DNA of 58,002 bases from Bacteroidales bacterium (GTDB lineage: Bacteria > Bacteroidota > Bacteroidia > Bacteroidales > Paludibacteraceae), in assembly GCA_038329115.1 (NCBI GenBank), contig JBBQMQ010000001.1, positions 1 to 58,002 of the forward strand, read 5' to 3'. Position numbers and translations under genes: made by a program. The notes below the pieces were generated by a model. The model made no database searches and was not told the origin of the DNA. It worked only from the letters and a program-made list of their open reading frames with translations. Below, piece by piece: positions 38,722-48,804 of this stretch. Each line of letters opens with the position of its first letter. The first letter of the stretch is position 1.

Positions 38722-40101
38722 ATGAGAGAGAAAAAAAACACTTCAAAAAAACTTCTTTTAACCTCTGGAAGCAGCTTATTGTTGTTAACCGGATTTGTTT
38801 CAGCTCAAACGAAAGTAAGCGAAAAGCCAAACATTATTTATGTTTTGATTGATGACATGGGCTTTGGTGACATTTCATGTTATGGTGGCAATTTTGCTCC
38901 AACCCCCAATATTGACCGACTAGCAAAAGAAGGAGTTCAATTTTTTCAATTTTACAGTGCATCACCTATCAGTTCTGCCTCACGCGTAGGACATTTAACC
39001 GGAATGTATCCCGGACTTTGGAATATTACCAATTTTTTGGATACTAAAAAAAAGAATAAACTATCTGAAAGTGCTAATTTTTTAGATTCATCGGCACCTT
39101 CATTAGCTCGTGCATTCAAAAATTCAGGTTATGCAACCGGACATTTTGGAAAATGGCACATGGGCGGAGGTCGCGATGTAACAGATGCTCCAGGGTTTGA
39201 AAAATACGGATTCGATATTCATAATAGCACTTACGAAAGCCCTGATCCTGATCCGTTAATAACTTCTACTAAATGGATTTGGGCTCCGACAGACAGCATA
39301 AAACGATGGGAAAGAACTGCTTATTTTGTCGACAAAACGCTTCAGTTTCTAAAAGAAAATAAAGGGAAACCATGTTTTGTAAACCTTTGGCCCGACGATG
39401 TACATACACCATGGGTGCCAAGCGATGAACGATTGGGGGCTTATCCGAACGGACCAAAAGAAGAGCGAAATTTTAAAGCAGTGCTTGATGAGCTTGATAG
39501 GCAAATTGGCAGATTATTGAGTGGAATTAAAAAGTTGGGAATTGAAAATAATACTATAGTTGTCTTTACAAGCGACAACGGTCCAAGCCCTTCATTTCGA
39601 GGTTCTCGGTCGGGGGGGTTGAGAGGTGAAAAGCGATCCTTGTATGAAGGTGGCACTATTATGCCATTTATTGTTCGATGGCCGGGGCATGTTCCTTCAG
39701 GGAAAATTGATAAGAAATCAGTTATCACAGCTACAGACTTATTCTTAAGCTTATGCAAAATTGCGAAGGTCAGTCTGCCTGATAATTACCAACCATCGGG
39801 CGAAGATATGAGTAAAGCAATGTTAGGTACACCTCAAATACGTAAAAATCCAATTTTTTGGGAATATGGAAGAAACAATTACTTCAATTATCCGGATAAT
39901 CCCAAAGATAAAAGCCCAAATTGTGCCATTAGAGATGGTAAATGGAAACTATTAATTAATGCCGATGGCACTAATATCGAGCTATATGATATGGATAAAG
40001 ATCCTAGAGAAACAACGAATTTGACCAATCTGTATCCTGAAATTTCCAACAAAATGAAAAACAGACTTTTAAACTGGAGAACATCGTTACCAAAATTATA
40101 A
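38722..40101 (+). CDS. S1 (Ser-type) arylsulfatase-family protein
   Basis: Motifs KPNIIYVLIDDMG, SSASRVGHLTG, GKWHMG, TSDNGP and SLYEGG. Confidence 0.9.
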   Translation: MREKKNTSKKLLLTSGSSLLLLTGFVSAQTKVSEKPNIIYVLIDDMGFGDISCYGGNFAPTPNIDRLAKEGVQFFQFYSASPISSASRVGHLTGMYPGLWNITNFLDTKKKNKLSESANFLDSSAPSLARAFKNSGYATGHFGKWHMGGGRDVTDAPGFEKYGFDIHNSTYESPDPDPLITSTKWIWAPTDSIKRWERTAYFVDKTLQFLKENKGKPCFVNLWPDDVHTPWVPSDERLGAYPNGPKEERNFKAVLDELDRQIGRLLSGIKKLGIENNTIVVFTSDNGPSPSFRGSRSGGLRGEKRSLYEGGTIMPFIVRWPGHVPSGKIDKKSVITATDLFLSLCKIAKVSLPDNYQPSGEDMSKAMLGTPQIRKNPIFWEYGRNNYFNYPDNPKDKSPNCAIRDGKWKLLINADGTNIELYDMDKDPRETTNLTNLYPEISNKMKNRLLNWRTSLPKL

Positions 40102-40130
40102 TTATAAATATAAATAAATAAATTACGAAT

Positions 40131-41192
40131 ATGAAAATCTTAAATTTCGCATTAATTTTATCATTTTTTCTTTTTTGCAGTTTTAAACCAGTTGAAAATC
40201 CAAGACCGAGATGGACTGTTGAACAGGCCAATGAATGGGCAAAAACAAACGGTTGGATGTGTGGCAGTAATTTTATTCCAAGTACAGCTATCAATCAACT
40301 GGAAATGTGGCAAGCTGATACTTTTGATCCTTCAACAATTGACCAAGAACTTGGTTGGGCAGAAGGGTTGGGAATGAATGTTATGCGTGTTTTCCTACAC
40401 CATTTGGCATGGGAACAAGATAAACCCGGTTTTAAAAGCAGAATGGATAAATTTCTTGACATTGCAGCTAAGCATCATATCAAAATTATGTTTGTGTTTT
40501 TTGACGATTGTTGGTTAGCTAAATCGAAAATAGGAAAACAACCTGAACCAGTTCTCGGAAAACATAATTCAGGTTGGTTGAAAGATCCTGGAATACCTAT
40601 GAATGCTGACACCACTATTTTTCCTGGACTTGAAAAATATGTGAAAGATGTAATGAATTCCTTTGCAAAAGATAAACGCATCGTAATTTGGGATTTATAC
40701 AACGAGCCAAATACGAAAAATAATCAATCGTTGAATCTACTTAAAAAAGTATTTCAATGGGCTCGAGAAACTAAAGCTACACAGCCGATTACTTCTGGAA
40801 TCTGGAAAAAAGAACTCAAAGATTATACGAAATTTCAGACTGAAAACTCGGATATAATTTCGTATCACAATTATGGCGATGCCAAACTTCAGAAAAAAAC
40901 AATTGATAGTCTACGTATTTTTAACCGTCCGTTGATTTGCAGCGAATATATGGCACGCAAGAAAAATAGCCTTTTTCAAACGGTTCTACCCGTACTTCAC
41001 CGCGAAAATGTAACTGCAATAAACTGGGGATTAGTTTCTGGAAAAACAAATACAATTTATGCATGGGGAGATACAACACATAGAGATGGTTCTGAACCAG
41101 CACTCTGGTTTCACGATATTTTCAGAAAAGGCGGAATACCATATAAACAAGAAGAAGTTGATGCAATTCGTAAAGAATGTCTAAAAAAATAA
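40131..41192 (+). CDS. GH5 (subfamily 13-like; furanosidase-type) glycoside hydrolase
   Basis: Motifs PSTAINQLEMWQ, WDLYNEP, SYHNY, CSEYMAR and NWGLVSGKTNT. Confidence 0.8.
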   Translation: MKILNFALILSFFLFCSFKPVENPRPRWTVEQANEWAKTNGWMCGSNFIPSTAINQLEMWQADTFDPSTIDQELGWAEGLGMNVMRVFLHHLAWEQDKPGFKSRMDKFLDIAAKHHIKIMFVFFDDCWLAKSKIGKQPEPVLGKHNSGWLKDPGIPMNADTTIFPGLEKYVKDVMNSFAKDKRIVIWDLYNEPNTKNNQSLNLLKKVFQWARETKATQPITSGIWKKELKDYTKFQTENSDIISYHNYGDAKLQKKTIDSLRIFNRPLICSEYMARKKNSLFQTVLPVLHRENVTAINWGLVSGKTNTIYAWGDTTHRDGSEPALWFHDIFRKGGIPYKQEEVDAIRKECLKK

Positions 41193-41197
41193 GATTT

Positions 41198-42382
41198 TTG
41201 AAAAAGCTTCCGAAATTAGTTCTGATATTCATATTTTTTGTCTGTTTTGATATTGGAAGTTTATATTCCAACACAACTATAGATTGGTCTAAATAATCTT
41301 CTAAATCAGAAATTTACATACAGAAAACAGGAGTAAATCTATTAAATATTCAATGGAAAACTCTCGAAGGGGAAACATGTGAAACTGAGTTGAATTTTGG
41401 TGAAGGTGCTTCATTGTTTAAATCAATTAAATAGAAAGAAAAAGATTCAGAATCAATAATAGCTGAAAATATTCAACCCCGATTTGATTTAACAATCGGT
41501 TTAAGAGATACATTGAAAAAGTGGTCATACATTTTTTTCGATAAAGTTGATACTCGTCCGTATGTAACATTCAGAAGCCAATTAGATATTCAATCGGTAG
41601 AAGTTGTATTTGAGAGTAAATCACGTGTAAAAATAATTATCGGAAATTTCGGCTGGGTCTTTTTTGGGAATTTAGTTCTAAAGTTTTATGGAGGTAGTCC
41701 ATTTATACTTGTTGAAGCCGAAATGCAACCTCAAAAATCGGGTACTGCCTATATTTTTGATGGTTTGCTAGGTGGAAAAATTCCCAAAATAGCGTTTAAA
41801 GATAATCAAACCGACAGGATTATAGTTGAAAATCCAACTGACAGTCTTGTTGCCAAAAAAGTAAGAAATAGGACAATAATGGCATTGTTTCCGAAAGGAA
41901 CAATTGCTATTTTTCCTACACCACATGCCTATATTTATCCCACCGAAAATGGTTTTAATTTGGGTTTTGTGCAAGCAGGAACAGAAGACGGAATCACTTT
42001 TTTTGGAACAAAATTACACCCCAAAGATGATAAAGTGTGGAGACCATAGATTGATGCACCATTGGAGAAAACCCAACACAAGGGCTTTTTCTTGTATATT
42101 AGCAAATTAGGTGCTGAAGCTACGTTGGAATAGGTAGAAAGATATACACATGGAGACACTTTTAAAGAAATGCCAGGTTATATTACTTTTGCCAATCATT
42201 TTCATGCAGCCATTACGATGACTGACAACACCCAAAAACCATCTGGACCAAAATTTAGAGATGCCCTGATGTCAATGAATGTAAAATCAGTTGAAGTAGC
42301 TGAATACCATGGTGATGGAAATCTATGAGATACTGGAATGGTACGGTTGAATCAACTAAAATTACTGCAACACCAATATTAG
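41198..42382 (+). pseudogene. Decayed gene for an uncharacterised secreted protein; five in-frame stops, 3' truncated
   Basis: One frame runs from TTG 41198 (MKKLPKLVLIFIFFVCF...) through ORF 41513..42049 to ...RYTHGDTFKEMPGYITFANHFH...AEYHGDG. Stops are at 41294 (TAA), 41432, 42047, 42131 (TAG) and 42326 (TGA). Confidence 0.72.
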
Positions 42383-42444
42383 GAAATAATATAGGTGAAA
42401 AGTATAGTTTGAATATTGTATTAGTTGATAAGTAATAAGGCATT

Positions 42445-42512
42445 TAAAAACAGTTTACCTACCTATTTGGATAGTTTGTCTTCTTTCATTCATGAATAAT
42501 AAAGTATTTTTG
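42445..42512 (+). promoter_or_regulatory. Direct-repeat operator copy 4 plus -7 element
   Basis: ACAGTTTACC at 42450, ATAGTTTGTC at 42471 and TATTTTTG at 42505. The first 33 bp are identical to 19215-19247. Confidence 0.82.
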
Positions 42513-42578
42513 TAAAGTAAAATCATTTTTATTTCTGAAAATGAATTTTCAACCTTAATAAATGCACAATTGTTTACC

Positions 42579-44234
42579 ATGAAATTAAATCTTAAAATAA
42601 TTGTTCCAATACTTCTATTACTGGTTTTTTCAAAAACTCAATCTCAGAACTTAATCAGTACTGATTTTTTTTCTGAGAATTGGAACCCACGAAATTATGT
42701 TAAGCCCTCATCAACGGTTAGCAAGAAACTTGTTATTTCAGCAAATCCAGATGTAACCATTCAAATTAATACTCAAAACATTATCGCCCCAGTTTTACCA
42801 ACTCAATTTGGAGCCAACACAACTTTCAGAAATGGTTCAAATCAACGTTCTCGATCTTCGTTGTACAAAGGAATTGTAAATTCATTGCGTTATCCTGCCG
42901 GAAGTGGTTCAAATCTATTTTTCTTCGATGGCAAAATTCCTTCAAAGTTAAATCAATATATTGATAAAAAGGGGGTTGCGAAAATGATTTCACCAATTGT
43001 TGGTAACGCCAAAAACGTACTTTCACCTGAAGTTTTTATGAATTTTAAAAATGACATTAACGGAAAAGCAACAGTTGTAGTAAATTATTATTTTGCCCGT
43101 TATGGTCTGACTTCAACTGGTACTCGGGCGGCAAGGGTTCAACAAGCTGCAAATTATGCTGCTTCTTTTGTACGCAAAATGAACATCGAATTAAAAGGAA
43201 ATATAAAATACTGGGAAATCGGGAATGAATGTTATGGTAATTGGGAAGTTGGTTTTAAAGTTCCCGGACTTCCGCAATCTACTGGAAAAGAATACGGCGA
43301 GGATTTCCGAATATTTGCAAAAGCGATGAAAGCAGTTGATCCTACTATTAAAGTTGGAGCAATGTTGCGTGAACAGAAAGGTTCGTTTGACGAAAGCGAG
43401 TTGAAAGACATGAAAGAAAACTGGAACAAGGGCGTGCTTGAAGAAGTAAAGAATGATGCTGATTTTCTGATTGTTCATCAGTATTTCACGAACTTTAAAG
43501 ATGCAAATGCAGAAAATATTTTGGCCAGTGATTTCAAAATTACTTCGTTAAAAGATTCTGTAAAATCTTATGTAAAAAAGTGTACCGGATTTCCACCCAA
43601 TAAATTCCCTATTGCATTAACAGAATACAACTCTCGAGGAATTTTTACCGATAATATAATTAATGGCGTTTTTCTCAGCAATGTTTTAGGTGAAATTATC
43701 AAATCAGGTTATGGATTTGCTACGATGTGGGTATTGGAATGGAACTCTGGGGGTGATAAAGGTTCGCATGCATTACTGTCGCTCGATAATCCTGACCAAA
43801 TTGATTATACAGCCCGTCCGGCATTTGTACCCTTATATTATTTTAGTAAATGTTTTGGAGATCAATTGGTTCAATCCACATCAACCGATTCTAAAGTAAA
43901 AGTTTATGCATCAACTTTTTCAAGCGGTGAAATTGGAGTTGTTTTGACAAATACTTCTAACTTTCAAAAAAGTGTTCAATTAAATTTATCTTATGGCTCA
44001 GGAGAATCAGGAATTAAAAATATTCAATGGTATGAATTTTATGGAACTACCACAAATGCTTCAGAAAAAGGGTTTGCAAAGTTTTATATTAATAATATAA
44101 CTTCAAAAACTCCCGCAGGTGGACCAGCAAATTTGGACGAAGTGAAACCCTATGAGTCTGGATTTGAACAAAATTCAGTCCTTATATTGAAACCATATAG
44201 TGTTATTTATTCGGTCATAAAACAAGCGATTTAA
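42579..44234 (+). CDS. Clan GH-A hydrolase of uncertain family, no CTD; close paralogue of 19337..21175
   Basis: Motifs LRYPAGSGSN, VVVNYYFARYG, WEIGNECYGNWE, LIVHQY and ALTEYNSRG. Confidence 0.75.
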   Translation: MKLNLKIIVPILLLLVFSKTQSQNLISTDFFSENWNPRNYVKPSSTVSKKLVISANPDVTIQINTQNIIAPVLPTQFGANTTFRNGSNQRSRSSLYKGIVNSLRYPAGSGSNLFFFDGKIPSKLNQYIDKKGVAKMISPIVGNAKNVLSPEVFMNFKNDINGKATVVVNYYFARYGLTSTGTRAARVQQAANYAASFVRKMNIELKGNIKYWEIGNECYGNWEVGFKVPGLPQSTGKEYGEDFRIFAKAMKAVDPTIKVGAMLREQKGSFDESELKDMKENWNKGVLEEVKNDADFLIVHQYFTNFKDANAENILASDFKITSLKDSVKSYVKKCTGFPPNKFPIALTEYNSRGIFTDNIINGVFLSNVLGEIIKSGYGFATMWVLEWNSGGDKGSHALLSLDNPDQIDYTARPAFVPLYYFSKCFGDQLVQSTSTDSKVKVYASTFSSGEIGVVLTNTSNFQKSVQLNLSYGSGESGIKNIQWYEFYGTTTNASEKGFAKFYINNITSKTPAGGPANLDEVKPYESGFEQNSVLILKPYSVIYSVIKQAI

Positions 44235-44262
44235 ATTAAAACCACAAATCAATACTCATAAT

Positions 44263-46146
44263 ATGAAAAGAAATTATTTTACATTAATCGTTCTCTGCTG
44301 TTTTATATTGGTGTTGAAATCACAGACACCTCAGGGCTTTTTCCTTGATGATTGGACACCAAAATTAATCAACATACCTGCATATACCGTTGCTGTAGCA
44401 ACAAGCTCTTCACCAACAATTACCGTTACTGTAGATGTAAATAATGTTCTAAATAAAGTGACTAAATCTATGTATGGTCATAATGCACATACATGGGCTG
44501 GGCAGTACAATTTGAATACAACATTTACAAACCATGTAAAAAACTTAGTTGCAGGTGTTATACGTTACCCCGGCGGAAGTTTATCCGATAATTATTATTG
44601 GAATGCTTCTAATAATGCAACAATGCCTTCTGATTTACCATCTGATTTCAACTATAATGATTTGCATTGGGGAGCTACTAAAGCCGGCTGGTCCTTATCT
44701 TTGAATAATTATTATGATTTGCTTGCAAAAACTAATACAACGGGAATTATTACTGTCAACTATGCTTATGCTCGCGTTGGAACCAGCGCAACTCCTGTTG
44801 CTAATGCGGCACATCTAGCTGCAGATTGGGTGCGATATGATAATGGCCGTACGCGTTATTGGGAAATTGGCAATGAAGAATACGGTAAGTGGGAATATGG
44901 ATTTACAATCGACCCAACTTTAAATAAAGATAATCAACCTACATCAAATACAGGGTTAAATTATGGAAAACATTGCAGTATTTTTATTGATTCAATGCGC
45001 GTAGCTGCTAAACAAGTTGGGAACGATATTAAAATCGGAGTAGTTTGTTCTGCTGATAATCCAGATTCTCAATGGAATATGGGATTACTACCACAAGTTG
45101 CAACTAAAACTGATTATTTAATCGCACATAATTATTATACACCCAAAGGTACTTGGCCTGTTGCTACTTTTCTCGACGCAACTGATAATACTAAAAATCC
45201 AAAAGACTATTTAATTGCAGATTTGTTGAAATACGGTAAAGTCAGTTCTTTGCCGGTTGCTTTAACCGAATGGAACGCTCGCGATACAACATCTGATAAC
45301 CGAAATTGTTCCGTTATCAATGGTGTGTTTGCAACCATTGTTTTAGGAGAAGCGATGAAAAACGGATATGCATTATCAACCCGATGGGCATTTATGAACA
45401 GTATCCACAGCTTAATTGGAAATACTTCTTCAGGGATATACGCTCCATATCCTACTTTTTTCTACATGTATTATTTCCAGAAAATGTTTGGAGATAAAGT
45501 CGTAAACACTACTATTGCCGGAATTTCCGGTGCTAAAACAGATTCGTTAAGAGCTTGGTCATCTACATTTTCATCGAGTCAAGCTGGTATTGTGCTTGTA
45601 AATAAAGGAGTTAATCAGCGAACAATATCAGTAAAAATTCTCAATTATTTAAAAGGTAAAAAATACTACTATTATGTGTTAAGTGGCGAAAACGGGAGTA
45701 CTTATTCACAAAGAGTTGTCATAAACGGACAAACAACAACTGATACCTTTGGCGGTCCGGCGAATTATGCAACTCTTCAACCTTATGGTACAGACATCGT
45801 GAATGGAGTGATTAATGTAACCTTGCCAAAATATGGTGTTATATTTTTGATTGTCGAAAACGGAAATGGAAACACAGCTACCGAAAATGTATATATAAAT
45901 AATGGATTAAAATTTGATTTCTCACCAAATCCCTCTTTAGATAACATAAAAATTAATATTGCTGGTTTTGAAAGTCCAAAAATTACGATTTCTGATATGT
46001 TGGGTAAAACATATTATCAGTCCGAAATATTAAGTTCTAATCAAGTTTCACTAAATCCACGAACATTAACAAAATGCAAAGGTCTATTTTTCTTAACCAT
46101 TACTGGTAAAAATGGAACATTAACTAAAAAAATAATACTAGAATAA
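44263..46146 (+). CDS. Clan GH-A hydrolase of uncertain family with T9SS CTD; more distant paralogue
   Basis: Motifs IRYPGGSLSD, TVNYAYARVG, YWEIGNEEYG, IAHNYY and ALTEWN. The CTD is SPNP...KKIILE. Confidence 0.75.
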   Translation: MKRNYFTLIVLCCFILVLKSQTPQGFFLDDWTPKLINIPAYTVAVATSSSPTITVTVDVNNVLNKVTKSMYGHNAHTWAGQYNLNTTFTNHVKNLVAGVIRYPGGSLSDNYYWNASNNATMPSDLPSDFNYNDLHWGATKAGWSLSLNNYYDLLAKTNTTGIITVNYAYARVGTSATPVANAAHLAADWVRYDNGRTRYWEIGNEEYGKWEYGFTIDPTLNKDNQPTSNTGLNYGKHCSIFIDSMRVAAKQVGNDIKIGVVCSADNPDSQWNMGLLPQVATKTDYLIAHNYYTPKGTWPVATFLDATDNTKNPKDYLIADLLKYGKVSSLPVALTEWNARDTTSDNRNCSVINGVFATIVLGEAMKNGYALSTRWAFMNSIHSLIGNTSSGIYAPYPTFFYMYYFQKMFGDKVVNTTIAGISGAKTDSLRAWSSTFSSSQAGIVLVNKGVNQRTISVKILNYLKGKKYYYYVLSGENGSTYSQRVVINGQTTTDTFGGPANYATLQPYGTDIVNGVINVTLPKYGVIFLIVENGNGNTATENVYINNGLKFDFSPNPSLDNIKINIAGFESPKITISDMLGKTYYQSEILSSNQVSLNPRTLTKCKGLFFLTITGKNGTLTKKIILE

Positions 46147-46175
46147 ATTTCATTTTCGCAGTTATATAGCTACTC

Positions 46176-47864
46176 ATGAAAAAGCCATTCATTTATTCAT
46201 TGCTTATATTGTCATTTCTATTTGTAGAAGCGCAAAATCAAAATCCAGTTATCATTAATGTAGATGTAACAAAAACAAAAGGTGAGATGAAACCCATTTG
46301 GGCTATGTTTGGTTACGATGAACCAAATTTTACCTACATGAATGATGGTAAAAAACTGCTTAGTGAACTTTCTGCACTCAGTCCGACGCCAGTCTATGTA
46401 CGTTGTCATCATTTAATGACTTCAGGTGACGGAACTCCGGCATTGAAGTGGGGTTCAACCAATATGTACTCCGAAGATAGCCTTGGTCATCCTGTATATA
46501 ATTGGACGATTGTTGATAAGATTTTTGACACATTCGTTGAGCGTAAAATTCGACCGATTGCTCAAATTGGTTTTATGCCTGAAGATTTATCACCATTCCC
46601 AAATCCCTACAAAGGAAATCGAGGAGATGCCAATACGAAAGCCAACAATGGTAAGGGTTTTAAGTATCCTCCGAAAGATTACGATAAATGGAGCGAACTA
46701 ATTTACCAATGGGTTAAACATTGCGTTGACAGATATGGAAAAGAGGTTGTAGAAACCTGGTACTGGGAACTCTGGAACGAACCTGACAGCAAATTTTATT
46801 TAATCGCCGATGATAATACAAAAGCGTATTGCAAAATGTATGATTACGCTTCGATTGCTATTAAACGTGCTTTACCAACTGCTAAAATAGGTGGACCACA
46901 TATTACTGGTGGTGGAAAAAATCTTATGATGGGATTTTTAGAACATGTTTACCACGAACCAAATATTGCAACGGGTAAAAAGGGAATTCCATTGGATTAT
47001 GTAGGTTTTCATGCCAAAGGATCGCCCAAAATGGTTGGAGAAATGGTGCAAATGGGAATGGCAAGCCAATTGAGAGGTGTTACAAGAAATTTTGAGGCAA
47101 TAGCCTCATTTCCAGAAGTAAGCAATCTGCCGGTAATTATAGGTGAATGCGATCCTGAACCTTGTGCTGCGTGTGGAATTGAAGACAAACCTGCTAATAC
47201 TTATCGCAACGGAACATTGTACTCAAGTTATACTGCTGCAAGTTTTGCACGACTTTACGATATTGCTGACGAACAAAAGATTAATCTGATTGGAGCAGTA
47301 AGCTGGTCATTCGAATTTGAAAACCAACCGTGGTTTCATGGTTATCGCGATTTAGCGACTAATGGTGTTGATAAACCTGTATTGAATGTTTTTAGAATGT
47401 TTGGCATGATGACCGGAAATCGGGTTGAAGTTTCTGGCAATTTGGCTTATGATTATAAATCAATCAGAGAAAGTGGCGTTCAGGGAGAAAAAACAGATAT
47501 TAATGCAATTGCTGCCACTGCTAAAAATATCATTACCGTGATGGTTTGGGATTACCACGACAACGATATCAAAGATGCAGGTTCACCGGTTGAATTGAAA
47601 ATTTCAGGTATACCGGCTAAAAAGGCCAGACTTAATAAATATACCATCGACCAAGAACATAGCAATTCATTTGAAGTGTGGAAAAAGATGGGTTCACCAA
47701 AATCACCAACAGCTGAGCAATTTGCCATTCTTGAAAATGCCGGAAAACTAGAACGTGTTTCTTCTGAAATGATTCCCATCAACAAAGGCAAAGCGTCAAT
47801 TAAAATGCAATTAACACGTCAGGAGGTATCTTTGTTTAAGATAACTTATGATGAGAATAAATAA
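46176..47864 (+). CDS. GH39 beta-xylosidase-like glycoside hydrolase
   Basis: Motifs GYDEPNFTY, ALKWGSTN, WELWNEPD, IIGECDPE and DKPVLNVFRMFG. Confidence 0.88.
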   Translation: MKKPFIYSLLILSFLFVEAQNQNPVIINVDVTKTKGEMKPIWAMFGYDEPNFTYMNDGKKLLSELSALSPTPVYVRCHHLMTSGDGTPALKWGSTNMYSEDSLGHPVYNWTIVDKIFDTFVERKIRPIAQIGFMPEDLSPFPNPYKGNRGDANTKANNGKGFKYPPKDYDKWSELIYQWVKHCVDRYGKEVVETWYWELWNEPDSKFYLIADDNTKAYCKMYDYASIAIKRALPTAKIGGPHITGGGKNLMMGFLEHVYHEPNIATGKKGIPLDYVGFHAKGSPKMVGEMVQMGMASQLRGVTRNFEAIASFPEVSNLPVIIGECDPEPCAACGIEDKPANTYRNGTLYSSYTAASFARLYDIADEQKINLIGAVSWSFEFENQPWFHGYRDLATNGVDKPVLNVFRMFGMMTGNRVEVSGNLAYDYKSIRESGVQGEKTDINAIAATAKNIITVMVWDYHDNDIKDAGSPVELKISGIPAKKARLNKYTIDQEHSNSFEVWKKMGSPKSPTAEQFAILENAGKLERVSSEMIPINKGKASIKMQLTRQEVSLFKITYDENK

Positions 47865-47931
47865 TCATTATGCTGATTATTATTTTTCGTTGTTTTAGAT
47901 AACTTATAATGTGAACGAATAATTTGTTAAT

Positions 47932-48783
47932 ATGAATTTGAATAATATCATTGGATTGATTTTGTTAGTTTCATCTCCGTCTATTTCTTCTCAAGAAAGT
48001 TTTATGAGTCCAAAATTGGAGAAAATATGGGAAACACCTAAAGAGTTATGCGTTTGTGAATCATCGCATTACAATCCTAAAGACAATACCATTTATGTTT
48101 CAAACATTGTGGGAAAACCCAATGAAAAAGATGGAATTGGTTTTATTTCAAAAATAGATGTAGATGGTCATATCATTCAATTAGGATGGTTTAGCGGTTT
48201 AAATGCCCCAAAAGGAATAGGTTGCTCTTCGAAAAGTTTATTTGTAACTGATATTGACAGGGTTGTAGAGATTGATTTGAAATCGGGAAAATTTGTGAAA
48301 GAATATCGAAATGCAATAACAAAATCCTTAAATGATATTGCTGTTTCAAGCAATAATCAGGTTTTTGCGACTGAAACTGATGGAAAACACATATTTGTTG
48401 TTGGGCGCGATTCGTTAGAAATCTTTATAGAAAGTGATCAATTGGGCAATATGAATGGTATTTACGTAAAAGACAAAGAGTTGTTCTTGGGTTCGAAAGG
48501 AAATTTTATTTCTATTGACCGAAAAACCAAAGTAATTAAAGAGTTGGTCGAAAAAGTGGGCTATTTAGATGGAATTGAACAAATCGCCGAAGCTAAATTC
48601 ATTACTTCCAATTGGGCAGGAAAAGTACAGTTGATTGAGATTGGCAAGGGTTGCGAAACACTTATAAATACTTCGGCCTTAAAAATAAACGCTGCTGATT
48701 TAGGCTATATCGCTTCAAAAAAGATTTTGTTAGTACCGACTTTTAAAACTAATTCGGTTGTTGCATACAAATTGAAATTTTAA
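47932..48783 (+). CDS. SMP-30/gluconolactonase-like six-bladed beta-propeller protein
   Basis: Motifs IYVSNIVG...KDGIGFISK, GLNAPKG, LNDIAV, NGI, LDGI and AADLGY. Confidence 0.7.
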   Translation: MNLNNIIGLILLVSSPSISSQESFMSPKLEKIWETPKELCVCESSHYNPKDNTIYVSNIVGKPNEKDGIGFISKIDVDGHIIQLGWFSGLNAPKGIGCSSKSLFVTDIDRVVEIDLKSGKFVKEYRNAITKSLNDIAVSSNNQVFATETDGKHIFVVGRDSLEIFIESDQLGNMNGIYVKDKELFLGSKGNFISIDRKTKVIKELVEKVGYLDGIEQIAEAKFITSNWAGKVQLIEIGKGCETLINTSALKINAADLGYIASKKILLVPTFKTNSVVAYKLKF

Positions 48784-48804
48784 TCTATAATTTAAAGCAT
48801 TCCG

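Noticed and set aside
41198-42382. Stop-codon reassignment or readthrough
   Set aside because: The internal stops are of all three types, TAG, TGA and TAA all terminate intact genes elsewhere in the window, and the gene is also truncated.
1951-42512. The repeated AAAACAGTTTACCTAC sequence as CRISPR repeats, IS ends or REP elements
   Set aside because: Copies are kilobases apart, in the same orientation, non-palindromic and at fixed spacing to promoter elements. No cas gene, transposase or target duplication is present.
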